Assembly: GCF_004010195.1 (NCBI RefSeq) | Contig: NC_057718.1 | Coordinates: forward strand, 85,557,625 to 85,613,401 | DNA from: Chiloscyllium plagiosum | Lineage: Eukaryota | Length of the DNA stretch: 55,777 nt | Direction: 5' to 3' | The notes under the pieces: model-generated | The model's database searches: none | The model's input: only the letters and a program-made list of their open reading frames with translations | Told to the model about the DNA's origin: nothing | In this document: positions 13,701 through 25,700 of the stretch, piece after piece | Numbering within the stretch: the stretch's first letter is position 1 | How the letters are laid out: each line of letters opens with the position of its first letter | Program-made: the position numbers and the translations under genes

Positions 13701-16700
13701 ACTTGAAAGAACTGTGGATGCTGTAAATCAAACAAAAACAGAAGTTGCTGGAAAAGCTCTGGCAGCATCTGTGGAGAGAAATCAGAGTTAACGTTTCAGG
13801 TCCAGTGACCCTTCCTCAGAACTGATGCTAGCTTGGAAAATGTCAGTTTGTATTCAGGTTTATGCATTTTCTTCTGAAATTGTTAGACTCTGTGTTGATA
13901 TACCTTAATGCCTCTAAATCATACATTTTGAAAAAAAAACTTAGGGCAACAGTTTTTTCTGTACAGATGTTTTTTGCCTTACTCTGTAAAGTTTGTACTT
14001 TGCTGTTCTTTGAATATTTTTCTGAAGACTTAATGAAGGTTGAAATATTTGTGGGGCACACATCCTCCTAAAACATTCATTGAGAAGTTACCAAGTTAAT
14101 GTAAAATAACATTCTCTTTCCACAATAAATTCCTGAGTATCTTTCTCTTTTAGTGCATATAGTGGGAAGGTTTTCCGGATAACCTTGACAACCCTCATTG
14201 TGACTCTTCTGGCCCCATTACTGGTGGCAACATTGCTGCTGGAGTCACCAATAAACCCTGAGCCTTTCAGGTAAGTGTTCATTTGCTCTGGATCAAATGT
14301 TAATATTGTAGCCAATAATCTCCAATTGTATATCATCAGCTGGAAGGCGTGGTTGAACAGCATACCAACTCTTGCTGTTTGGACTGGCGTATGGAAATGT
14401 TAGTGGAAGGCTGCTGGTCAATTGATCTATTATCAGAATAATGCAGCTGCTTCTGGAGGGTCGGATCAAGAAGGAATAAAAGAAAAAGTTCCACTTGGAG
14501 GAAAAATCAAGTTGAGTGAGGAAGCAAGGTGCATGAAGGAAAATGTTAAATATGAATTTATAGGATATTAGCTTAAAAATAAGATGAAATTTATCATATA
14601 GAAAAGAAATGGGTGCTAAAATTGCATAATTGTTATTTTGTAAAATAAGGTCAGGGCAAAGATCATCAGTTATGAACTAGCATAAGCAGTAATTGCAAAA
14701 CAGCCTGTTAATATAGGAGTAGATCTGTGGAGTGCAGGTTTACACGAATATAAGACTATAAGACATAGGAGCAGAAATTAGGCCATTCAGCCCATCGAGT
14801 ATGCTCTGCCATTCAATCATGGCTGATAAATTTCTTAACCCCATTCTCCTGCTTTCTTCTGGTAACCCTTGATCCCCTTGCTACCTAAGAACCAATCTAT
14901 CTCAGTTTTAAATATACTCAATGACCTGGCGTCCACAGCCTCTGTGGCAATGAATTCCATAGATTCACCACTCTCTGTCCAAAGACGTTTCTCTTTATTT
15001 CTGTTCTAAAAGGTCTTCACTTTACTGTAAGGCTATGCCCTTGGGTCCTAGTCTCTCTTACTAATGGAAATATCTGGATTAGTGGTGGGAAGAGCACAGC
15101 AGTTCAGGCAGCATCCAAGGAGCTTCGAAATCGACGTTACGGGCAAAAGCCCCAACCTCTACTTTGTCCGTGCCGTTCAGTATTCTGTATGTTTTAATTA
15201 GATCCCTCCCAATCCTTCTAAACTCTATCAAGTATAAATCCGTAGTCCTCAAATGTTCCTCATATGTTAAGCTTTTCATTCCTGGAACTATTCTCGTGAA
15301 TGTCCTCTGAACGTGCTTCAAGGCCAGTATATCCTTCCTGAGATATGGGGTCCAAACTTGCACACAGAATTCCAAACATGGTCTGACCAGAGCAATATAG
15401 AGCCTCAGAAGTACATCCCTGCTTTTACAGTCCTCTCACAATAAATGCCATCATTGCATTTATCTTCCTCACCTCTGACTCAACCTGCTAGCTTACTTCA
15501 GAGAATCCTGGACTAGAACTTCCAATTCTCTTTGTACTTCAGACTTGTGAACTTTCTCCCCATTTAGAAAATAGTCCATGCCTCTCTTCCTACTAAAGTG
15601 CATGACCTCACACTCTCGCACATTGTACTCCATCTGCACATTCTTTGCCCACCCTCCTAACCTGTCCAAATCCTTCTGCAGCGTCTTCCTCAATGCTGCC
15701 TGTCCCTTTACCTATCTTTGTAAAAGATTGGAATCATATTTGTTAAACCTGCTTGCAAAATACAATTGACTTAGGGAATCAGTTGAAACATAGTGAAGGT
15801 TATTTTGCTTTTTTTTATTAAAAACATACAATTTATCATGAGCAGAGTAAAAGCCAATTGTTAATACTTCTATGCGTTTACTGATTGTTTTATAACACAG
15901 TGAGTAGCCTAAAATAAAGAAAGATGGCTGATATAAGCAGGTGGCTTGGCTGCAACTCCCATAGTATTGAACTACCTTTCAATTTTAATACAGCAAATGG
16001 TCAAGGGGCCATTGCAATGCCATGCAACATCTGTTGACTAAGATCAATGTCGCTAACTCCAGGCTATAAAAGAAATGCTTCTTGCCTAAAAATCAGCCAT
16101 GAACTTATCTTTGAGCACTCTGCAAATAAAAACCTCAAGTTGTTATGGACCAGACCAAATACCCTCAAAATATTCAGAAGATAGGCTAGACCCTAACTTT
16201 TTCGTATATTAGAGGTGAATGTAAGCTGTTGAGTTCCAAATGCAACTCGATTGATCAAGCGATTGGCTTTAAAGTAAAACACACTTTATTCATCCCCTGT
16301 AGTTAAAATACAGCAACAGAAAGTAGGAATTGGCATAACTTAACTCTTTTGAAAGACTTAACAGAATAGTAGATTATTTTACTAATAAACAGTAACAGTC
16401 TCAATATAGTAACATCCCACTAACACAGCCTTGGCAAAAGGCAAATTCAGAAAATAGTTGTCTGACATGCAACTCCAGCAGCCCAGGAGGAATAATATCC
16501 AGAGAAAACTTGGGGGGCAGTTTAAAAAAACTACAACTCCTAGTTCTATGAGAGCTTGATCGCACTTGTTCAGGCTGCTCCAGTTGTTCCAAGTTTTAAA
16601 AAAAAAAATCTTAAGGCCTCAGAAGCTGTTTACTCTAGTTTGTTTGGTACTGCATCTCTGCTTTGAAACCTTTCTTCAAAAAATCCAGGACAAAATAACC

Positions 16701-19700
16701 TCTTAAAACTGCGTATCATCACAAAGCACAATAGTGAAACAGAACTCACGTTTAAGGAAAACTTCCTTAAAACTTTTGAAGGTATTTTTAAAGAGAAGAA
16801 ACTGCCTGCAACTCCTCAACTGGCAACTAGACAGTCAACTCACTCCAACTCAAAGTAATTCCAGATTGCTAACTCCAATTTTGAACTTCTGGACTCCATC
16901 TTAAAAGCCAGGACACATTTCTCAATTGTTTTCTATTTAACTAAATAATCTCTTTATCCATTTTGATTCTATGTAAGTCTGTGTTTACATGTGCTTGTGT
17001 TGCAAGGTAACTCTGTGTTTTAAGAATATGTGGAATAAACCCTACTTCTGATTTACCTATACCAATGTTGATATGATTTTTACAAAGTCAGAATTTGTGA
17101 GCAGTGAGTGGGAGAAGTATGCCTCATCTCTTTCATAAAGCAGAAAAACTAAATAACAATCTGCTTATGGAGAGGTAGTGAGAATAGGGAGAGTTTTTAA
17201 AAAAATGTGATCTGTCTCGAACAGTTCTCTTGATTGAAAACAGAAGATGTGGGGCGATTAAGTATCATCTAACTTTTTAAATTTTGAATTTACAATTTTG
17301 AGTACTGTTTCTCACTAAACCAGTATAGGAGAATAAACAAAACTGTTTAGAACTTAATAAAATTATAAACGTTAAAACGCTACTCCTTACTGCTACACTC
17401 ATGCTTGTCAACCAATAGAGGAGGCAATTACTTTATAGTGTAAACAGTATTTGAGATATTGAAAATGAATAAATTTGATAGGATAAATAGAGAAAAACAA
17501 TTACCCCTATGGTGGGGTTCCAGGTCAAGATGTTTTAACCTTAAAGTTGATAAGAGAACATTCAAAGGTGATGTGTGCAAGCACGTCATATTGAAGGATA
17601 CTAGTAATCTGCATAAATGTGCTGTCACCTGCATGGTATATTGGAGTTTCACTGGAAGTCTGAATTTTCGAAGATGAGGTATTTCTAGTCATTGCTGTCA
17701 CAATTACAAATCATGCCAACTATGGCAATTCCACAAATATTCTCATTCAGGAGCATTTGCTATTTATACATACTGTTTCTAACCTTTACTCCATTTTAAC
17801 ACCATTATTTCCACTAAAGTTGGAATGTTTCTAGTTAATTCAGTTATTAAATCAAGTTTGTTTGTCCTTAAAGTATCCCTAACTTCAGGTTTTTAACCTT
17901 TTATGATTGCTTTCTTTCTTGTCTGCAGTTACAAGGAACCTCCTCTGCTGACAGGTCCTTTAGAGCCCAACCTTAAACTCAGACAAGCTGAACGCTTATT
18001 TGACGGCCAGCTGATTGGACCAGAATCTATTGCACACCTTGGAGGTATGGATTCACTTTGGTAACTTTAATATTAAACCTGGTTTTAGGGTAGGAGAAAG
18101 TTTGTAAAATTCAAGAAGCAAAGTCTTTTCGTTACTATTCTTCTGGTCAGTGCAGCCCATGTTACTATAGAATCAAGATTCATATTGCAGAAGGAGGTCA
18201 TTTTTTTCCATGGTGCTTGGGTCAATGCTTACAAGAATCATCCAGTTCACCCCACTCTCCTCTTTCCTTGTAGCCCTACAATTTTTACTTTTTCATGGAT
18301 ATCCAATTCCTTTTGAGCATTACTATTGATTTTGCTTCCACCCATTTTATTTCAAGCAGTGCAATACACAACACGACCCCAACGTCAGTGAAAACAATTT
18401 AACTCTACCAAAACTGTATACAATGTTGAACCCCTCTAATAAATCTCCCTTAAAACTATTTTGTCCAAGGAGGAGATCCTTGTTTCTTAATCCTCTCCAC
18501 ATAATTCTTAATCCTCTCCACATCCTCTGGGCGGCACGGTGGCACAGTGGTTAGCACTGCTGCCTCACAGCGCCAGAGACCCGGGTTCAATTCCCGACTC
18601 AGGCGACTGACTGTGTGGAGTTTGCACATTCTCCCCGTGTCTGCGTGGGTTTCCTCCGGGTGCTCCAGTTTCCTCCCACAGTCCAAAGATGTGCGAGTCA
18701 GGTGAATTGGCCATGCTAAATTGCCCATAGTGTTAGGTTAAAGGGGTAAATGTAGGGGTATGGGTGGGTTGCGCTTCGGCGGGTCGGTGTGGACTTGTTG
18801 GGCCGAAGGGCCTGTTTCCACACTGTAAGTAATCTAATAATTGAAATATGTAAGACATGACCCACTATCACCAGTTTTTATACATACATACAAAGAAGGG
18901 CACCGCTTTGACTGGGACAGCACACACACACACACATACTAGGACAGGTGAAAGACACGCACAACAATTCTTAGAGGCATGGCATTCTAACCAGAACTCC
19001 ATCAATAAACACATCGATTTAAACCCTATCTATCTTCCCTTGAAAAAAAAAGGAACCGGAAATGACATCACCAACCTTAAGAAACCAAGACCTATAAATA
19101 GAGAGGCGGGACATATCACCAGCACTTCACCAGAGATTCTCACTGACGATGTTACCTAGAATGGTGACGAAATGTCTGAAAACAAACCTTCAAGCTCAGA
19201 CTTATCAACCTGAGCTACAAATCTTCTCAAAAATCACAAACATAATTGAAGTCTCTTATTCCTGCTACCATTTCAGTAAATGTCTGTCCTTTCTCTAAGT
19301 TATGTTGGGCAAGACAGAACTAGATAGTTTATAGTAGCATGCTACACCATAGTAATTGTTAATGAGAGTATAATGACCAAAGGCCAAATCTTTTGAGATG
19401 TGTCACTGTGCAATTCTGTTAAATGCACTATGATGAATTGTAGGGAAATGTTTTTTGAATAATTTTTGGACATGGTTGATGAAATGCTCTTAAATTTTAC
19501 ACTATATTTACAGTGTCACCTATAGGTCAGTGGGAGCACTGCAGTTTTGGAGTCAGTTCTTACGAGCTCTACAACCTGCAGTGCTGGTAGGAAAGAAGTT
19601 TTAAGGATTTTGGCCTAGCCAAATTGAAGGAATAACGGATATGGTTTCGAGTCAGAACAAAGAAAATTACAGGGTAGGAACAGGACCTCCAAGCCTGCAC

Positions 19701-22700
19701 CAAATCAGATCCTCTATCTAAACCTGTCGCCTGTTTTCTAAGGATCTGTATCCCTTTGCTGCCTGCCCATTTCATGTATATGTCTAGGTACATCTTAAAT
19801 GACGCTATCGTGCCCGCCTCTGCCACCTACGCTAGCAATTCATTCCAGACACCCACCACCCTAAGTGTAAAGAACTTTCCGTGCATATCTCCCTTAAACT
19901 TCTCCCCTCTCACCTTGAACTCGTGGCCCCTAATAATTGAGTCCTCCACTCTGAGGGGAAAAAGCTTCTTGCTATCCATGCTGTCTACACCTCTCATGAT
20001 TTTGTAGAGCTCAATCAGGTTCCCCCTAAACCTCTCTCTTTCTAATGAAAATAATCCTAATCCACTCAACCTCTCTTCATAGCTAGAAGCCTCCATACCA
20101 GGAAGCATCCTGGTTAACCTTTTTATCCTCTCTCCAAAGTATCCACATTCTTTTGGTAATGTGGCGACCAGAACTGTACACAGTATTCCAAATGTGGTCG
20201 AACCAAAGCCCTATACAACTATCACATGACCTGACAACTCTTGTACTCAATACCCCATCTGATGAAGAAAAACATGCCTTATGCCTTCTTAATCACTGTA
20301 TCGACTTGCATTGCCACCTTCAGAGTACAATAGACCTGTACACCTAGATCTCTCTGTACATCAGCTTTCCCCAAGGCTTTTCCATTTGCTGTATAGTTTG
20401 CTCTTGAAATAGATTTTCCAAAATGCATTACCTCGCATTTGCCCGGATTGAACTTCACCTGCCATTTCTCTACCCAACCCTCCAATCTATCTATGTTCTG
20501 TTGCATTCTCTGGCAGTCCCCTTCACTATCTACTACTCCACCAATCTTTAGTGACACCTGCAAATTTGCCAGTAACACCACCTATACGTTCCTCCAGATC
20601 ATTTATGTATACCACAAACAATAGTGGTTCCAGCACGGATCCCTTTGGAACACCACTAGTCACAGTTCTCCATTTGGAGAAACTCCCTTCCACTACTACT
20701 CTCTGTCTCCTGTTGCCCAGCCAGTTCTCTATCCATCTAGCTAGTACACCTTGGACCCGGTACGACTTCATTTCTCCATCAGCTGACCAAGGGGAACCTT
20801 ATCAAATGCCTTACTGAAGTCCATGTATATGACATCTACTGCCCTTCTCTCATCAATCAACTTTGTCACTTCCTCAAAGAATTCTATTAAGTTGGTAAGA
20901 CATGACCTTCCCTCAATATCCTCTTCAGCAGCTTCCCTACCACTAATGTTGGACTCATCAGTCTGTAATTACCTGGATTATCCCTACTACCCTTCTTAAA
21001 CAAGGGGATAACATTAGCAGGTGGTGTATAGTTTGGAGGTGAATCTGCAGATGGTGGTGTTCATATAAAATCATACAGCATAGAAACAGACCCTTTGGCC
21101 TACCATCTCTTTGCCAACCAACAAATACAAAACTACTCTAATCCCATAGCCAGTATGCCTGGTATTTTAAGTGCTCATCCAGGTGCTGCTTAAATGTTCT
21201 GCCATCATCTACTTCCAGTATCCTCTCAGGCCTCATGTTTCACATTTCTATTATTGTCTGGGTGAAAAAATTATTTTTCAGATCTTTTCTAAATCACTTG
21301 CTTCTCAACTTAAACTTATGCCCTCTAGTATTAGTCATGTCTGCCATAAGAAAGAGAATCTCATGAGACACTCTGTGTATATCTCTCTTATTTTTGTAAA
21401 CTTCAGTCAGGAACCATCCCCCTCCTGAGCCGCCTCTGCTCCAAGAAAAACAAATTCAGCCTATCCAGTCTATTCTCCTGACACAGACTTTTCATCCCAG
21501 TCAACATCCTGGTGAATTTCCTCTGTGCCCTCTCCAGTGCAGTCATGTAGTTTTGATTGCACTGGAGAGGGTACAAGGCGATGGATCTTGGGGGATACAT
21601 TTGGAAAATGTTTTTGAGGGAGTCTTTGTGAATTACTGCAATGCCTCATGCAGATGGTACACACTCATGCCACTGTGTATTGATGATGAAAGGAGTGAAT
21701 ATTTAAGGTGGTGATGGTGAACCAAACAAGGGGTGTCAACCCACTGAAGTTACAATGCAGGACTACTTGCATGCCAAATAGCAGAAGCTGCATGCAAGTA
21801 GACAGAGCTAAGTGATTGCACAGTGTATGAATTCAATGTATGGTGATTGACAATAAAGCAACTTGCTGGAGTAGAAGTTTCTGCAACAATGGGAGAGTCC
21901 AATACATAAGTGCAAAGAACAAGGCTAATGTAATTGCATTTACTTTTAGCCAGAAATGTCAACTGTATGATCAATCTCAAGCTCTTCCTGAGGTCCCCAT
22001 CATCACAGATGCCAGTTTTCCACCAATTTAATTCTGTCAGTTTGATATCAAAAAGGACCTGAAGGTACTGGATACTGTAAAGGCTATGAGTGCTAAATAT
22101 TTTGACCATACTACTGAAGAGTTATGCTCCAGAAATAGCTGCACTATGGGGAATGTAGATAATAACCCAGGTATATGCTGTTTACAAAAAAGCAGTACAA
22201 ATATAACCTAAGCAATTACTGTCCCATTACAGGAAGTCCCTGATTAACAAGTGTCCAATTTACAAATACTCAAATTTATGAATGTTGTCCTATACTGGGG
22301 AGTAGGTTTCAAGACTAGACATACAAACATTCCTGTACTTACGAATGGCTGCTTTACATGGCCCTGTATTGTGTTCCAACGATTGTACAAACTGACTTGC
22401 AAATGGAATCCAGGACAGAACCCATTTGTGGCCTGGGGAGTGTATATAGTCTATTGTTCATTTTCAGGCAAATGATGGAATTGGCCATTGGCAGTGGTAT
22501 TAGATAGCACTTGCTCAGTCATAGTCTTAGTTTGAGTTCCACTAGAGCCAATTGACTCCCACGCTCATTATAGCTTTGGACCAAACAAAAGAGTTAAACT
22601 CTAATTTTGGTCATGATTCGGAGATGCCGGTGTTGGACTGGGTGTACAAAGTTAAAAATCACACAACACCAGGTTATAGTCCAACAAGTTTAATTGGAAG

Positions 22701-25700
22701 CACACTAGCTTTCGGAGCGACGCTCACAATCACCTTATGAAGGAGCGTCGCTCCGAAAGCTAGTGTGCTTCCAATTAAACCTGTTGGACTATAACCTGGT
22801 GTTGTGTGATTTCTAATTTTGGTGACAGCAGCTGCCCATGACATTAGCGCAGTATTTGACTGGGTGAGACTACAGGGAGTCCTAAATGAGGTTCATGGGA
22901 ATTTGAGGAAACCACTTTACTGACTGGGATCATGCCTAGCACAAGGAATTAGAAGTCAACTAACTCAGCCTTAGTACTGTCTGTGGCCCAATCCATCTCA
23001 GTTGCTTCATCATTGTCATTCCCTTCATCATAAGATCAGAAGTGGGATTGTTCGCTGATGATTTTAAAATATTCAGCAGCTATCATAACTCCTCCGACAT
23101 TGACGGAGTCTGTGTCCACGTGTAGCAAGAGTAACACAATATCCAGGCTTAGGCTGATTAGTGGTAAGTGACATTTTTGCCACTCAACTGCTAGCCATTT
23201 ACCATTTCTAATAAATAAGGTTCTAACCACCTTGCTTTGATCAACAGAATTACAATCACTGAATGCACCAGCCATATAAATGCTGTGGCTGTCAGAAAAT
23301 GACAGAGTCTGGGAATTCTGTAGTGAGTAACTCCCTTCCAAAGCTTGTCCACTGTGTACAAGGCACAAGTTAGGCATGTGATGGGATACACTTCACTTGC
23401 CTGGATTTGCACAGCTCCAGTCACATTCAAGAAGCTCAGCATGATCCAGGACAAAGCAGAACACTTGATTGTCACCCTATTTGTCATGTTAAATATTATC
23501 TTATCAAGAGTGCTTCGGGAGCATCTGCCAAACCCAGAGCCATACTGCTCAGAAGGATGAAGGAGCACCACTTAGGAGTTCCTTTTCATAGTGCTGTGAC
23601 ATGGAACTTTATTATAGTTACCTCAATGTGGCCTAGTCAAAAGCCTAAACTTCTTCCCTGACAGTACTGTTGGTGTACCTCCAATACAAAGACGACAGTA
23701 GTTCAAGAAGGTAGCTCAGTATCACATTCTCAAAGGCAATCAGGGCTTGGTAATAAATGCTGGTCAAGTGAATGACACCTGCATCTCCTGAAGGAGTAGA
23801 TAAATTGGCTTGACTTTCCTTTTTTTATTAATGTTCCAGTACAGACTTTACTATTATGATTCATGTTCCTTGACATTTTTTTCAAGCAGCAAGCCCCTTG
23901 AAGTGGTAATGTAATAATGACCAGGTAATATTCTTTCATTATGTGGGTTGAGGAATGAATGTTGACCAGGATGCTATGAAGAACCCTTCTGTCTTTGTGA
24001 GTGTTTTGGGATCTTTTATATTCACATGAGGGGCAGATGTGGCCTTGGTTTAATATCTCACCCATAAGGCAGCATCTCAGTGCATCACGTTCTCAGTACA
24101 GTACAGAAATTATTTTGCACATGAATCTTCTGTCGTCATGACAAGATGCACAAAAGGAAGGAAATGGTCTCTTGTGCTGAAACACTATCTTAAAACCTTT
24201 CAACTTTATTAGCAATCTTTCTTTTAATTGTGTTTGTTATATCAGGGAATTATGATAGCCCTTTGTATGACATTAGTAATTAATGTTGGTTTCGGGTCAG
24301 TTTTGTGATTGTGGATCGAACAGCAACTAAATTAGCATTAACTATACTCATTTGGAGTTGAATCTTTTTAACTGATGCTGAGGAAGGGAATATTCATCCT
24401 ACTCAGATGAATTGGCAGCATTCTAGCCTCTGAGGCAAAAGACTCCAATCCCAATCTAAGGACTTGAGCACAAATCCAGGCTGACATTTCAGTGCAGTCC
24501 TGATTAGATAAAGTTTTTTCAAAGAAGTGTAAGAGATTTTTTCCTTGTAGTCTTGGGCTTGATTTATTATTCATCCCTCAACCATTGTTACAAAAAGCAC
24601 ATTATCATGGCTCTATACCATTGTTTATTGCTTTATCTTGCATAAATTAGCAACTGTCTTTTCCTACAACAGTGGTTTTGCATTATTGTCAGCAAAGAAC
24701 ATTAGGACATCTTGAGGTCATGAACCTCAAATCCATTTTACTGCTCCTCGGATGCTGCCTGAACTGCTGGCTCTTCCAGCACCACTAATCCAGAACCTCA
24801 AATCCAAGTCTTTTCTTTTTAGTTCTGATTAAACTTGCAGCTGAGGATATGAGTGACCGGATCTCTAGTTTTGCTTTTTTCTAGGAAGGTGCTGAGTGAA
24901 GCTTGTTTTGTAACTGAATTCTATATGTGGGATCTCTGCAGAGGTCATATTCACTGGTACGGCTGATGGACAGATTCTGAAAATAAGTGATGGACAAATA
25001 CATACCCTGGCAAGAATAGGCAAACTTCCTTGTGGTGAGTCATGGACAAAAATGACTGTTTTCTTTGATACGGTTTCGGAGTAGTTTTTACATCAAGCTG
25101 TATTTAGTTAAGTGGTCCTGCAGTAATAGTCACTTTTTCAAATGGCTTTATTTTCTGTTCTCTTTAGCTTTAACTTAAGTGTTAATTTAATAACAAACTG
25201 GCTGCTTTGTAAAAGTTGGCTTGATGGTGAGAATAAAATTAATTTAAAGTTCATGTCTAAAGTTAAGAAAAATAAAATATCTTTAATGCTACCCCTGATT
25301 TCACTTTGGCTGCACAGCAACAGCACAGCAGGGCAGAGGTTGAGCCTTTGCTCATGGTGGTTTAGAGGAACGGGAGCTGATCATACTAAAGTATAGGATA
25401 CTAAGGGGACTTGACAGGGTACATGTAGGAAGGACCTTTCACTTTGTGGTCAAGTATGAACTAGGGGCCACAGTTTGAAGCTTAGGAGTCTCATTAAGAC
25501 AGATCAGGAGAAATCTTTACTTTGAGATCCATTCTCTGGAATTCTCCTCTTCACAATGCAGTGGATGCTAAGTCATTGAATAGATTCAAGCCCGAGTAAG
25601 TTGGATTTTTGAATGATGGAGTTGAGGGGTTTGGGACTGAACAGGACTTGAAGCCACAATCAGATCAGCTGTGATCCTATCAAAATGGATCTTAAGGCTT

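Noticed and set aside
18529..18600. tRNA gene-like A/B boxes (also at 53290-53359, 54132-54200, 27200-27290, 31450-31532)
   Set aside because: These are SINE heads followed by SINE bodies and tails; no complete cloverleaf is present.
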